From Candidatus Levyibacteriota bacterium (GTDB lineage Bacteria > Patescibacteriota > Microgenomatia > Levybacterales > UBA12049): a stretch of 62,316 bases of DNA. The stretch lies in the NCBI GenBank assembly GCA_043807135.1, contig JAZDGF010000005.1, forward strand, positions 1 through 62,316. Reading direction: 5' to 3'. The position numbers and the translations under genes are program-made. Under the pieces are notes generated by a model. The model ran no database searches and had not been told where the DNA came from. It saw nothing but the letters and a program-made list of their open reading frames with translations. This document shows, in pieces, positions 53,919 through 62,316 of the stretch; the stretch's first letter is position 1, and each line of letters starts with the position of its first letter.

Positions 53919-54599
53919 TTATTGTTTTAGTTTTTTTTTACCTGCTTCATTTTTACAGTTATTTTCTTTAAAGCTACATTTGTTTTGACAAGTTGGATCA
54001 TCTCTAAATATCATTGGGCATTCACTTCTTTCGGGATTTGCATATTCAATGCATTTTCTACTTGGTGTACATGCATAAAGACTGTATTGTGGGCATCCAT
54101 CATTAATTGGCATATTTGTACTAGATATTCCAAAATTATAATTACAATTCATGCCACAGCCCTTCCTACATCCAATAAAATCGATGCTCTTGTCGTTTGT
54201 GTTTTGAATGTCAACTAAAACCTTGTACCAATTAGGACATTCGATTCCTTTTTTCTTACCGTCTTGGTTACCATGAGGTTCTTTGCTTATCAACTCGTAT
54301 CTATACGGTATATTATCTTCAAGACAAGGAAACTTCTTTATATAGATAACATTTCCGATCTTAAGCTCTTTTCCACATTCAGGAAGAGCCTGAGGATAAC
54401 AGCTGGCATCGTCGTAGTATTGATCAAATGAGTTTCGTATTTCAATCAAATCACTTTTAATTTTTACATCTTTTGCCTTTTCTATCTGCGAACTTATTCC
54501 TATAAAACTTGCTGCACTAAGAATTGCAAGAATTGATATAGCGAAAAGCATCTCGATTAAAAGAGAACCTTTGTGGCTACTTGTTATTTTTTTTAGCAT
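53919..54599 (-). CDS. Type IV pilin / pseudopilin-like protein with 14-Cys globular domain
   Basis: A prepilin-type N-terminus is present: MLKKITSSHKG / SLLIEMLFAISILAILSAA, with Glu at +5. The C-terminal ~170 aa contain 14 Cys. Confidence 0.8.
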   Translation of the reverse strand: MLKKITSSHKGSLLIEMLFAISILAILSAASFIGISSQIEKAKDVKIKSDLIEIRNSFDQYYDDASCYPQALPECGKELKIGNVIYIKKFPCLEDNIPYRYELISKEPHGNQDGKKKGIECPNWYKVLVDIQNTNDKSIDFIGCRKGCGMNCNYNFGISSTNMPINDGCPQYSLYACTPSRKCIEYANPERSECPMIFRDDPTCQNKCSFKENNCKNEAGKKKLKQ

Positions 54600-54642
54600 T
54601 ACGATTATATTCTCACAGATTTAAGAGTATGGTCAAGTTTGT

Positions 54643-54671
54643 TTGACATTGTTTCAACTTTAGTTTAAATT
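54643..54671 (+). promoter_or_regulatory. Sigma70-like promoter, leaderless geometry
   Basis: TTGACA (54643..54648), 17 nt, TAAATT (54666..54671), 6 nt, then GTG at 54678. A minus-strand TTGACC (54636..54631) lies back-to-back with it. Confidence 0.5.
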
Positions 54672-54677
54672 TGTCTT

Positions 54678-55331
54678 GTGAAAAGCATAATTGTTTTAAT
54701 TCTATTTCTGATCTATCCAAGCTTAGGATTACAGGTAAATCAGCTTTTTGATAATGCTAAGACACCTGAAAGAAAGATCCTAGCTTATATCCCTAGTCCA
54801 ACTCCGTTACCAACTCCTATAAAGCCTACAATAATAATCAAGAAAAGCTTGGAAAACGCAAAAATTATTGCTCAAAAAGATGAATCAGAGCCTTGGGGCG
54901 TTTCTAAACAGATTTCAGAACACACATGGACTATGAAGGTTGGAGAAGATCAAGAAATGGCAATCCCTCAAGATATATTAGAAGCGTTAAATAGCTATAG
55001 AAGTATACATGGCAAAGGCATTCTTAGTTGGAATAATAGTCTTGCAAGCTTTGCTCAAAGCAGAGCTGAATTTTTTAATAAGGAAGGAAAATTAGATGAA
55101 CATGCAGGTTTTAACAGCTATTTTGGAGACCCTGAAAATATAAAAAAAACAGGATTTCTTAAGGTTGGAGAAAACTCTTCTGTTGGATATAAGATGGACG
55201 GAGTGCATTTAATTGAATGGGTATTTGCAGGAGATGCTCCTCATAATAATAATCAACTTGATTCTTCTTGGACAGCTGTTGGAATTGGTGTAAGTGGAGC
55301 ATCAGTAGATATTGTTTTTGGAGGAAGATAA
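54678..55331 (+). CDS. Secreted CAP/SCP (YkwD-like) domain protein
   Basis: It has a signal peptide, a Pro-rich linker, and then LNSYRSIHGKGILSWNNSLASFAQSRAE...HAGF...GENSS, which is typical of the CAP domain. Confidence 0.75.
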   Translation: MKSIIVLILFLIYPSLGLQVNQLFDNAKTPERKILAYIPSPTPLPTPIKPTIIIKKSLENAKIIAQKDESEPWGVSKQISEHTWTMKVGEDQEMAIPQDILEALNSYRSIHGKGILSWNNSLASFAQSRAEFFNKEGKLDEHAGFNSYFGDPENIKKTGFLKVGENSSVGYKMDGVHLIEWVFAGDAPHNNNQLDSSWTAVGIGVSGASVDIVFGGR

Positions 55332-55365
55332 TATAGGATAGAAATTTATTTTGTGAAAATATTTA

Positions 55366-56061
55366 CTATGGGTTTATTGCTAATGGAGTTACTTTTCCCA
55401 TTTGCTCTTGCATAATTATCTTATTATCTCCAACTTGAGTAATACGCTTTCCATTGGGTGAATTTTCTATTCTTGAAAATACACCATCTTTTTCTTGTCT
55501 AACAATTCCATTTTTTCTTGTTGATTCTGAATACGCAACAAAGCCTGTTTCTACCTCTTTTTCTCCTTCATATTTTATTGCCATGGCAATCCAATCCTGA
55601 TCAGGCCTTCCTCTTGTGTCCCTTTTTAATATTGGCCATGTAATTTCAATAAATTTTGTTCCTTCTGGGATTTCTACTCCGTTTATCTGTTCTGCTTTGG
55701 TTAGTTTATCCATACTATTTGAATAATCTTGTTCCTCGATTACTCCAGCAGTGTTTCGAACTCTGGCTTTTTCAAGATTTATTACTAAAGAACCCGTAAA
55801 CATTCTTTCAGCTGGTGTTTCAGAGAAAATTTGTATTGCTTCGGTTCTTGTTTGAGCAAGAATTGACGGGTCTGCTGCTATTCGACTGCTGTCTTCATTA
55901 GAGCTTCCATGAGCAGCAGCTACTCCTAATGCAGCAGCGACTGCTCCTACTGCTACTACTTGTCTTAATTTATAATTTGGCTTACGACGACCCACTTGTC
56001 TTCTCTCATCATATCCAATTTTAGACACGGATGCTTCAGATGGAGTAATTGGTTCAGACAT
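55366..56061 (-). CDS. Membrane-anchored hypothetical protein
   Basis: 231 aa. It has a basic N-terminus, one Ala/Val-rich TM helix (VVAVGAVAAALGVAAA) and a beta-rich ectodomain. No family is recognised. Confidence 0.6.
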   Translation of the reverse strand: MSEPITPSEASVSKIGYDERRQVGRRKPNYKLRQVVAVGAVAAALGVAAAHGSSNEDSSRIAADPSILAQTRTEAIQIFSETPAERMFTGSLVINLEKARVRNTAGVIEEQDYSNSMDKLTKAEQINGVEIPEGTKFIEITWPILKRDTRGRPDQDWIAMAIKYEGEKEVETGFVAYSESTRKNGIVRQEKDGVFSRIENSPNGKRITQVGDNKIIMQEQMGKVTPLAINP

Positions 56062-56101
56062 ATTTATAGTATGTATTCTTTAGCTTTGTTCTGTCAAGTG
56101 T

Positions 56102-56130
56102 TTGACAATTCTTTCTAATCTCTCTACTAT
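56102..56130 (+). promoter_or_regulatory. Sigma70-like promoter of the recombinase gene
   Basis: TTGACA (56102..56107), 17 nt, TACTAT (56125..56130). The TTG ORF start at 56102 is the -35 box. A minus-strand TTGACA (56097..56092) lies back-to-back with it. Confidence 0.5.
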
Positions 56131-56152
56131 AACTCTAGCGTCGCAAAATATT

Positions 56153-57094
56153 ATGAAAGGAAGCTTGCCTGAACTAATTGATCAATTTTTAGAATATCTT
56201 GAAATTGAAAAAAACTGTTCCAAATTAACAATCCGTGATTACAGACACTATCTTGAAGTGTTTGAAAAATGGTTTACCACTACCCTACCAGATAAGAAAA
56301 TAGAGGATTTAAACTTACAAATTATTAGAAAATACCGCGTATTTCTTGCAAACAGAGAAAATGCTAAAGGAATGACTTTAAAAAGAGTTACTCAAAATTA
56401 TTATGTTATTGCTTTAAGGTCTTTTTTAAGGTTTCTAATTAAAAACGATCATAATACTTTGGAGCCATCAAAAATTGATTTGCCTAAAACAGAAAGCAGA
56501 TCTTTAAAGTTTTTAGAAAAAGATCAAGTTGATCGTTTGGTTACAGCAACAGATACTTCAAAAGAAAAAGGACTAAGAGATCGGGCAATGTTAGAACTGC
56601 TCTTCTCTACCGGTCTTCGTGTCTCAGAACTGGTTAGCCTAAATAAGGATAGGATAAATTTAGAAAGAAAAGAATTTGGAATTATCGGAAAAGGTGGAAA
56701 ATCAAGAATAGTTTTTGTTTCAAAGCGTGCTGCGGAATGGATAAAAAGATATTTAAATAAAAGAGAAGATAGTTTTAAACCTTTATTTATTAGATACTCA
56801 GGAAAGATTATTGAAGATAATGGTGGTGAGAAAATGAGACTTACCGCACGAAGTGTTGAACGGATGGTAAAAAAATATGTAAGAGCGGCAAGAATTCCTG
56901 TAGATGCGACAGTTCATACCTTAAGACACTCTTTTGCAACAGACCTTCTTACTAATGGCGCAGATATTCGATCGGTTCAAGAAATGCTCGGACATAAAAA
57001 TATTGCTACGACTCAAATTTATACTCATATTACAAATAAACAGTTAAGAGAAGTTCATGACAGTTTTCATAGTGGAAATAAAGGCAACCGTTAA
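56153..57094 (+). CDS. XerC/XerD-family tyrosine recombinase
   Basis: It has an N-terminal SAM-like core-binding domain (IDQFLEYLEIEKNCSKLTIRDYRHYL) and the catalytic residues in RDRAMLELLFSTGLRVSEL, HTLRHSFATDLL, LGH and IYTH. Confidence 0.9.
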   Translation: MKGSLPELIDQFLEYLEIEKNCSKLTIRDYRHYLEVFEKWFTTTLPDKKIEDLNLQIIRKYRVFLANRENAKGMTLKRVTQNYYVIALRSFLRFLIKNDHNTLEPSKIDLPKTESRSLKFLEKDQVDRLVTATDTSKEKGLRDRAMLELLFSTGLRVSELVSLNKDRINLERKEFGIIGKGGKSRIVFVSKRAAEWIKRYLNKREDSFKPLFIRYSGKIIEDNGGEKMRLTARSVERMVKKYVRAARIPVDATVHTLRHSFATDLLTNGADIRSVQEMLGHKNIATTQIYTHITNKQLREVHDSFHSGNKGNR

Positions 57095-57837
57095 TAAATT
57101 TCGTAAGAAAGTGAAACAGTTACGGAAACCGTATTCTCTCCAGGAGTAATATTTGTAGGTTCTTTTCTATCTGTTTCTTCAATTGCCCCTCCTCTTCCAA
57201 CAAGTGGTATAGGGTATTGGGATAAACCTTGTTCTGAGATATCAACAATTTTTCCAAGTCTTATTCCTGCTGCTTTGGCAAGACCTTCTGCTTTTTGTTT
57301 GGCTTTTTTAACTGCTTCTTCTCTGGCCTCTTTTTCAAGTTTTTCTTTTAATTCATCACTAAACGAAAATTGTGCTCCTCCGGAAATATTTGCTCCATTT
57401 GCAGTTGCAGTGTCAATAACTTTATTTATTTTTTCAATTGGCTTTACTTTAACTTCAAGATTTTGTGTTACATTGTATCCGGTTATTCTTTGATTTCCGT
57501 TAAAGTCGTAATTTGGGTAAACGGAATAATTAGTTGTTTTAATATCTTTTTCCTTCATTCCTAATTTTTTAAGTTCGTTAATAATTGAAGAGACTTTTTT
57601 ATTTACTTTATCTTGAGTATCTACTACAGAAGATGAGGTTTGCGTAACTCCAATATTTACAACAGCAATATCAGGTGCAGCAGTTGCTTTTCCTGTTCCT
57701 TCCGTGGCAAAAAAACTGTTTTTTGTTGTTTGGATGCTATTTACGGAAAACGGGATTGGTCCAACGATTCTTGTGTAGAGAATAAGACCCAGGAAGATAA
57801 AAATAATGGTAAAGAGCGGAATTTTTAAGTCCTTCAT
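57091..57837 (-). CDS. SIMPL/DUF541 (BP26/Omp28-like) periplasmic protein
   Basis: A signal/anchor precedes a central helical segment (KEKLEKEAREEAVKKAKQKAEGLAKAAG) flanked by beta regions, as in SIMPL. Confidence 0.7.
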   Translation of the reverse strand: MKDLKIPLFTIIFIFLGLILYTRIVGPIPFSVNSIQTTKNSFFATEGTGKATAAPDIAVVNIGVTQTSSSVVDTQDKVNKKVSSIINELKKLGMKEKDIKTTNYSVYPNYDFNGNQRITGYNVTQNLEVKVKPIEKINKVIDTATANGANISGGAQFSFSDELKEKLEKEAREEAVKKAKQKAEGLAKAAGIRLGKIVDISEQGLSQYPIPLVGRGGAIEETDRKEPTNITPGENTVSVTVSLSYEIY

Positions 57838-57862
57838 CTATTAAATCTTAATTTATTTATGC

Positions 57863-58756
57863 TTAACTGTCAATCCGTGCAGAATTAATTAAATTTCTTA
57901 AAAGCATTACAACATTTACTGGTCCTACTCCGCCAGGAACAGGAGTATAATAGCTTGCAATTTTTGCAACTTCTTCTTGATTATAATCTGGGGTAAGTTT
58001 TCCGTTCTTTTCTTTTCGCATGCCGATTCCAATAATAATTGCTCCTTTTTTTACTTCATTTGATTTTATAACCGGTTTTCCAACAGTGGAAATCAAAATG
58101 TCAGCAGATTTAATAATTTCAGAAGGAGCTTTAGTTTTACTGTCAACAATGGTTATTGCAATTTTCATTTTCTTAAAAAGATTTATGACAGGTCTTCCTC
58201 CGGTATCTCCTTTCCCGACAACCACAATTTTTTTAAGTTTTAACCATGCATTAATAGTTTTGCAAGTAAGTCCTTCTTCTTGGTTCTTAACTGCTTGTAT
58301 GTCTGCAAATATTATATTTAGAATTTCCAAAACTGCTTTTGCAATTGGTTCGTTGAATTTTGAGTTTGGTAAAAAACCGTCAACATCTTTTTTGATGCTA
58401 ACCATTTTTCTTGTTTCCATTTCATCTATTTGAAGAGGAAGCGGTCTTTGAATAATAATTCCGTGAATATTGGAATCATTATTTAATTTTTCAACAAATG
58501 ATTTTAACTTGCTTAAGGAGATATCATTATTGAAATCGTGAATTGAAATTTTTATTCCAATTAATTCTCCTTTTAATTTCTTTTGATTAACATAAGCTTT
58601 AGATGGATGATTTTCTCCAATTAGAATAATTGCAAGATGAGGTAGAATATTTTTCTTTTTTAAGCAATCTACTTTTTTTTTAAGTTCCTGAAGGATTTTA
58701 TTTGCAATTATGTTTCCGTCAATCTTCATTTTCGATGCAAGTTGCAGATGCGACAT
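57863..58756 (-). CDS. folD: Bifunctional methylene-THF dehydrogenase / methenyl-THF cyclohydrolase
   Basis: [10 protein letters not shown] and [16 protein letters not shown] are present. The start may instead be the internal ATG at 58729. Either start overlaps the gyrA 3' end. Confidence 0.88.
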   Translation of the reverse strand: MSHLQLASKMKIDGNIIANKILQELKKKVDCLKKKNILPHLAIILIGENHPSKAYVNQKKLKGELIGIKISIHDFNNDISLSKLKSFVEKLNNDSNIHGIIIQRPLPLQIDEMETRKMVSIKKDVDGFLPNSKFNEPIAKAVLEILNIIFADIQAVKNQEEGLTCKTINAWLKLKKIVVVGKGDTGGRPVINLFKKMKIAITIVDSKTKAPSEIIKSADILISTVGKPVIKSNEVKKGAIIIGIGMRKEKNGKLTPDYNQEEVAKIASYYTPVPGGVGPVNVVMLLRNLINSARIDS

Positions 58757-61223
58757 TATCGTTTTCTTTTGAAAAGCGCATTAAGATTACTCCTTGGGTA
58801 TCTCTTGAAAGTTTAGGAATAGAATTTGCATTAAGTTTTACGATTTGTCCCTTTTCCGATGTTATTATTACCTCCGTGCAGTTTATAGGAATTACTTGCG
58901 CAAAGGAAACTTTTCCTGTTTTTTTGGTTACCTTTGCAACTTTTACTCCTTGTCCTCCTCTTCCCTGTCCGCGAAAAAGTTTGGATGAAGTTTTCTTACC
59001 AAGTCCATTTTTCATTATTGTTAAAAGATTAATATCTTCTTTTGCTCCAATTACATCCATTCCAATTACAATATCATCTTCGTTTAATTTTATTCCTCTA
59101 ACTCCCATAGTTGCTCTTCCCATTGATCTTACTGTGCTTCCTGAAAATCTAATCGCTTTCCCGTTTTTTGTTGCAAGAATTATATCGTCGTCTCCATCTG
59201 TTAGTTTGCTCCAGGCAAGCTCATCACCCTTATTTAATTTTATTGCTAAAATTCCGGTTTTTCTAATATTTGTAAATTCAGAAAGCTTGCTTTTTTTAAC
59301 AGTTCCTTTTCTAGTTGTTAAAAATACATAAATTCCTTTTTCATCTTTTCTGTATGTGATAAAGGATTCAACTTTTTCATCAGAATCAATATTTAAGAGA
59401 TTTACAATAGCGGTGCCCTTGCTTGTTCTTGCTGATTCGCTTATCTCAAATGCTCTTAGTTGATAAACCTTCCCTTTATTTGTAAAGAACAATAAATTAT
59501 CATGGGTTTGGGCATAACGGATATGGAAAATACTATCCTCGTCTTTTGTCGTCATTCCTTTAATGCCTTTTCCGCCTCTATGTTGGGTTTTAAAACTTGC
59601 TATGCTTTGTCTTTTAACATAGCCTGTGGTGGTAAGAGTTATGACTGTTGATTCATTTGGAATAAGATCTTCTTCTGAGAATTCTCCAACTTTGCTTTTA
59701 TAAACTTTAGTTCTTCTTGCATCTCCATATTTTTTCTTCAAGGAAACAAGTTCATTTTTAATAATAACTAGAATTTTTGCAGGGTGTGCTAGAAGATCTT
59801 CAAGATACACAATTGTTTCTTTGACCATTTGATATTCATCTTCAATCTTTTGTCTCTCTAAAGCAGCCAGTCTTCTTAATTGCATATCAAGAATTGCAGT
59901 TGCTTGGATTTCTGATAACTTAAATTTGGCAACTAAGTTTTCCTTAGCATCATCCTGAGTTTTTGAGGCTCTGATAGTTTTAATTACTGCATCAATGTTA
60001 TCAACAGCTATTTTTAGTCCTTCTAAGATATGAAGCCTTGCTTTTGCCTGCTTTAATTCAAATTCAGATCTTCTTTTTACAACTAAATAACGATGTTTTA
60101 AAAACTCTTCTAAAATTGTTTTAAGATTTAATGTTCTTGGTGTTCCGTCAACAAGAGCTACAATATTTGCAGAGAAAGTTGTTTGAAGAGCGGTATATTT
60201 AAATAAATTATTTAAAATTTTTTTTGGCGAACTATCTCTTTTAAGTTCAACTACAATTCTTGTTCCTTGACGATCTGATTCGTCACGAAGATCTGAAATT
60301 CCTTCAATTTTTTTTTCCTTAGCAAGGCCTGCAATTCTTGCAACTAAAAGCGCTTTATTTACCTGATATGGAAGTTCTGTGATAATAATTGCTGATTTAC
60401 CTTGTCCTATTTCTTCAATGCTGGCTTTTCCGCGAATCAAGATTCTGCCCCTACCTGTCATGTAAACATTTTTTATTTCTTCAAAATCATAAATTGCTCC
60501 AGCTGTTGGGAAATCCGGGCCTTTAATAAACTGAAGAAGTTCGTCAATTCCTACTTCTGAATTTATTTCTGGAACATTTGATTCTGTAGTTTGATTAAAT
60601 TTGGTTTTGTCAATCATGAAAACAATTGCATCAATAATTTCGGATAAATTATGTGGAGGTATTTTTGTTGCCATTCCAACAGCAATTCCTTCAGATCCCA
60701 TTAAAAGAAGATTTGGCAAAAGACTTGGTAAAAAAACCGGTTCTTTTAGAGTCGCGTCAAAATTATCTAAATAATCAACAGTTTCCTTATCAAGATCTAA
60801 GAGCATTTCATTTGAAATTGCTGCCATTCTTGCTTCCGTATAGCGCATATGCGCAGGAGGATCTCCGTCCATTGATCCAAAGTTTCCTTGTCCTTCTATT
60901 AAGGGATAGCGCATGGAGAAATCCTGAGCCATTCTTACCAGGGAATCATAAATTGGGATATCACCGTGAGGATGGTATTTTCCCATAACTTCTCCGACGA
61001 TTTTTGCAGACTTTGAAAACTTTGCCGAGTGAGTAAGATTTATTTCATGCATTGCAAAGAGAATTCTTCTGTGAACCGGTTTTAATCCGTCTCTTACATC
61101 TGGAAGTGCACGGGAAACTATAACAGACATTGCGTAATCAAGATACGCTTTTTTCATCTCCGTTGTTATTTCAGTCTGTTCAAGTTTTCCTATTTTATTT
61201 TTTTCTTGTTTTTCTTCGCTCAT
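58719..61223 (-). CDS. gyrA: DNA gyrase subunit A
   Basis: [25 protein letters not shown] is present, the active-site Tyr sits in HMRYTEARM, and the C-terminal beta-pinwheel repeats follow. Confidence 0.96.
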   Translation of the reverse strand: MSEEKQEKNKIGKLEQTEITTEMKKAYLDYAMSVIVSRALPDVRDGLKPVHRRILFAMHEINLTHSAKFSKSAKIVGEVMGKYHPHGDIPIYDSLVRMAQDFSMRYPLIEGQGNFGSMDGDPPAHMRYTEARMAAISNEMLLDLDKETVDYLDNFDATLKEPVFLPSLLPNLLLMGSEGIAVGMATKIPPHNLSEIIDAIVFMIDKTKFNQTTESNVPEINSEVGIDELLQFIKGPDFPTAGAIYDFEEIKNVYMTGRGRILIRGKASIEEIGQGKSAIIITELPYQVNKALLVARIAGLAKEKKIEGISDLRDESDRQGTRIVVELKRDSSPKKILNNLFKYTALQTTFSANIVALVDGTPRTLNLKTILEEFLKHRYLVVKRRSEFELKQAKARLHILEGLKIAVDNIDAVIKTIRASKTQDDAKENLVAKFKLSEIQATAILDMQLRRLAALERQKIEDEYQMVKETIVYLEDLLAHPAKILVIIKNELVSLKKKYGDARRTKVYKSKVGEFSEEDLIPNESTVITLTTTGYVKRQSIASFKTQHRGGKGIKGMTTKDEDSIFHIRYAQTHDNLLFFTNKGKVYQLRAFEISESARTSKGTAIVNLLNIDSDEKVESFITYRKDEKGIYVFLTTRKGTVKKSKLSEFTNIRKTGILAIKLNKGDELAWSKLTDGDDDIILATKNGKAIRFSGSTVRSMGRATMGVRGIKLNEDDIVIGMDVIGAKEDINLLTIMKNGLGKKTSSKLFRGQGRGGQGVKVAKVTKKTGKVSFAQVIPINCTEVIITSEKGQIVKLNANSIPKLSRDTQGVILMRFSKENDNVASATCIENED

Positions 61224-61302
61224 AATAAAATAAAGTTAATTTAGTAAAAAAACAAAAAACATAACCTACCTATATTACCTAAAGAATAAGTAATTAAAGG
61301 TA

Positions 61303-61815
61303 TTACTTAATTGCTTTTCTTACTGCTTCTAGTGCTTCTTTTTTTCCTTTCCAGTTTTTAATTTTAACCCATTTTCCGGGTTCAAGAGTTTTATAATTTT
61401 CAAAAAAATGCTTGATTTTGTTTTTTACAGCTTCTGGAACATCTGAAATATCATTGTAATCTCCAAAAAGCGGATCAACCTTAGTGCTTGGCACTGCAAC
61501 TACTTTAGCGTCATTTCCTGCTTCATCTTCCATTTCCAAGAAACCAATTATTTTAGATGGAATTACTGTTCCAGGGGCAACGCCTTGATCTCCTAAAACA
61601 ATTACATCAAGCGGATCTCCGTCATCTGCAAGTGTGTTTGCTACAAAACCGTAGTTAAAAGGAAAGTTCATTGCAGTATGTAAGAATCTATCAACAAAAA
61701 CTAGACCGCTGTTTTTATCAAGTTCGTATTTAATATTGCTATTTTTTGGAATTTCAATAAAAACATTTACTTCTTCAGGTGGATTTTTACCAACTGAGAG
61801 TTTTTTTATATCCAT
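61303..61815 (-). CDS. ppa: Inorganic pyrophosphatase (family I)
   Basis: 170 aa with YELDK, NYGFV and DGDPLDV motifs. Confidence 0.92.
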   Translation of the reverse strand: MDIKKLSVGKNPPEEVNVFIEIPKNSNIKYELDKNSGLVFVDRFLHTAMNFPFNYGFVANTLADDGDPLDVIVLGDQGVAPGTVIPSKIIGFLEMEDEAGNDAKVVAVPSTKVDPLFGDYNDISDVPEAVKNKIKHFFENYKTLEPGKWVKIKNWKGKKEALEAVRKAIK

Positions 61816-61887
61816 TATTTTTTCACCTCCATTTTTTTATAGTCGCCTTTTTTATTAGGTAAGGCATTTATTTTTTCCATAATAATA

Positions 61888-62316
61888 TTAGAAATCCAAA
61901 GTTGCAGTTTTAGCATTGCTTTGAATAAAGTGTTTTCTTGGTGGAACTTCTTCTCCCATAAGCATTGTAAATACCGCATCCGCTTCTTCTGCGTCAGCAA
62001 TATTTACTTGTTTTAAAATTCTATTCTGCGGATTCATAGTTGTTTCCCAGAGCTGATCAGGATTCATTTCTCCAAGACCTTTATATCTTTGAATGCCAAT
62101 TCTTGCAGAATTTCCAAAAGCCTTAATTACTTCATCTTTTTCAATGTCTGAGTATGCATACTTTGCATTTTTACCTGATGTTAGCTTATATAACGGAGGT
62201 TGAGCGATATATAAATATCCTTGTTTTATAATCTCTGGTAAGTGTCTATAAAAAAAAGTAAGAATTAAAGTTTCAATATGTTGCCCGTCAACATCAGCAT
62301 CAGTCATAATAATAAT
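61888..62316 (-). CDS. gyrB: DNA gyrase subunit B, C-terminal part (continues beyond the right edge)
   Basis: IIIMTDADVDGQHI (Toprim) is followed by QPPLYK and RYKGLGEM. The frame is open to base 62316, so the M at 62307 is internal. Confidence 0.93.
   Translation of the reverse strand: MIIMTDADVDGQHIETLILTFFYRHLPEIIKQGYLYIAQPPLYKLTSGKNAKYAYSDIEKDEVIKAFGNSARIGIQRYKGLGEMNPDQLWETTMNPQNRILKQVNIADAEEADAVFTMLMGEEVPPRKHFIQSNAKTATLDF

Noticed and set aside
56153-57094. The tyrosine recombinase as a marker of an integrated mobile element or prophage.
   Set aside because: Its sequence features are XerC/D-like (SAM-like N-domain, R..H-R-H..Y pattern). No phage, transposase or conjugation genes, att-like direct repeats or adjacent tRNA are present. 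Its neighbours are ordinary envelope and housekeeping genes.

Overview
This is an AT-rich, very gene-dense bacterial chromosomal segment with about 80 protein genes and one tRNA-Leu(CAA). It has no rRNA, no CRISPR array and no recognisable transposon or prophage.

Most genes are core information-processing genes: rpsB-tsf-frr, rpsU, ybeY, dnaX-ybaB-(prs)-recR, cysS, proS, hisS, ychF, rpsF-ssb-rpsR, prfA, rpmE, dnaB, efp, yebC and gyrB-ppa-gyrA-folD. Interspersed are envelope, secreted and glycosylation proteins: RseP, CtpA, MurB, two LytR_C proteins, an FKBP, a CAP-domain protein, a pilin-like protein, GT2/GT4 glycosyltransferases, and DedA and MFS membrane proteins. A handful of orphan hypothetical genes are also present.

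Several features point to a small-genome Patescibacteria/CPR-like organism, which is an inference:
- a 149-aa EF-Ts
- a 406-aa ProRS without the editing insertion
- a split transketolase
- pyrH and rplI absent from their usual operon slots
- Lys-rich tails on ribosomal proteins

The genetic code looks standard, because TGA acts as a stop in ATGA/GTGA gene overlaps.

The most notable observations are:
1. A 905-bp ORF-free island (53014-53918) rich in repeats, palindromes and hairpins. It contains a dif-like 28-mer and lies 2.9 kb from a Xer-type recombinase, at a switch in gene orientation.
2. Pervasive leaderless-type promoters, with a -10 box 6-9 nt before the start codon. The TTG of the -35 box is often mis-called as the ORF start.
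3. A modular Cys-rich/poly-Thr surface protein at the left edge that is missing from the ORF track.
4. A 14-Cys pilin-like protein.
5. A truncated Cu/Zn-SOD-like remnant.
6. An 87-bp tandem repeat inside a Pro-rich ORF coupled to dnaB.
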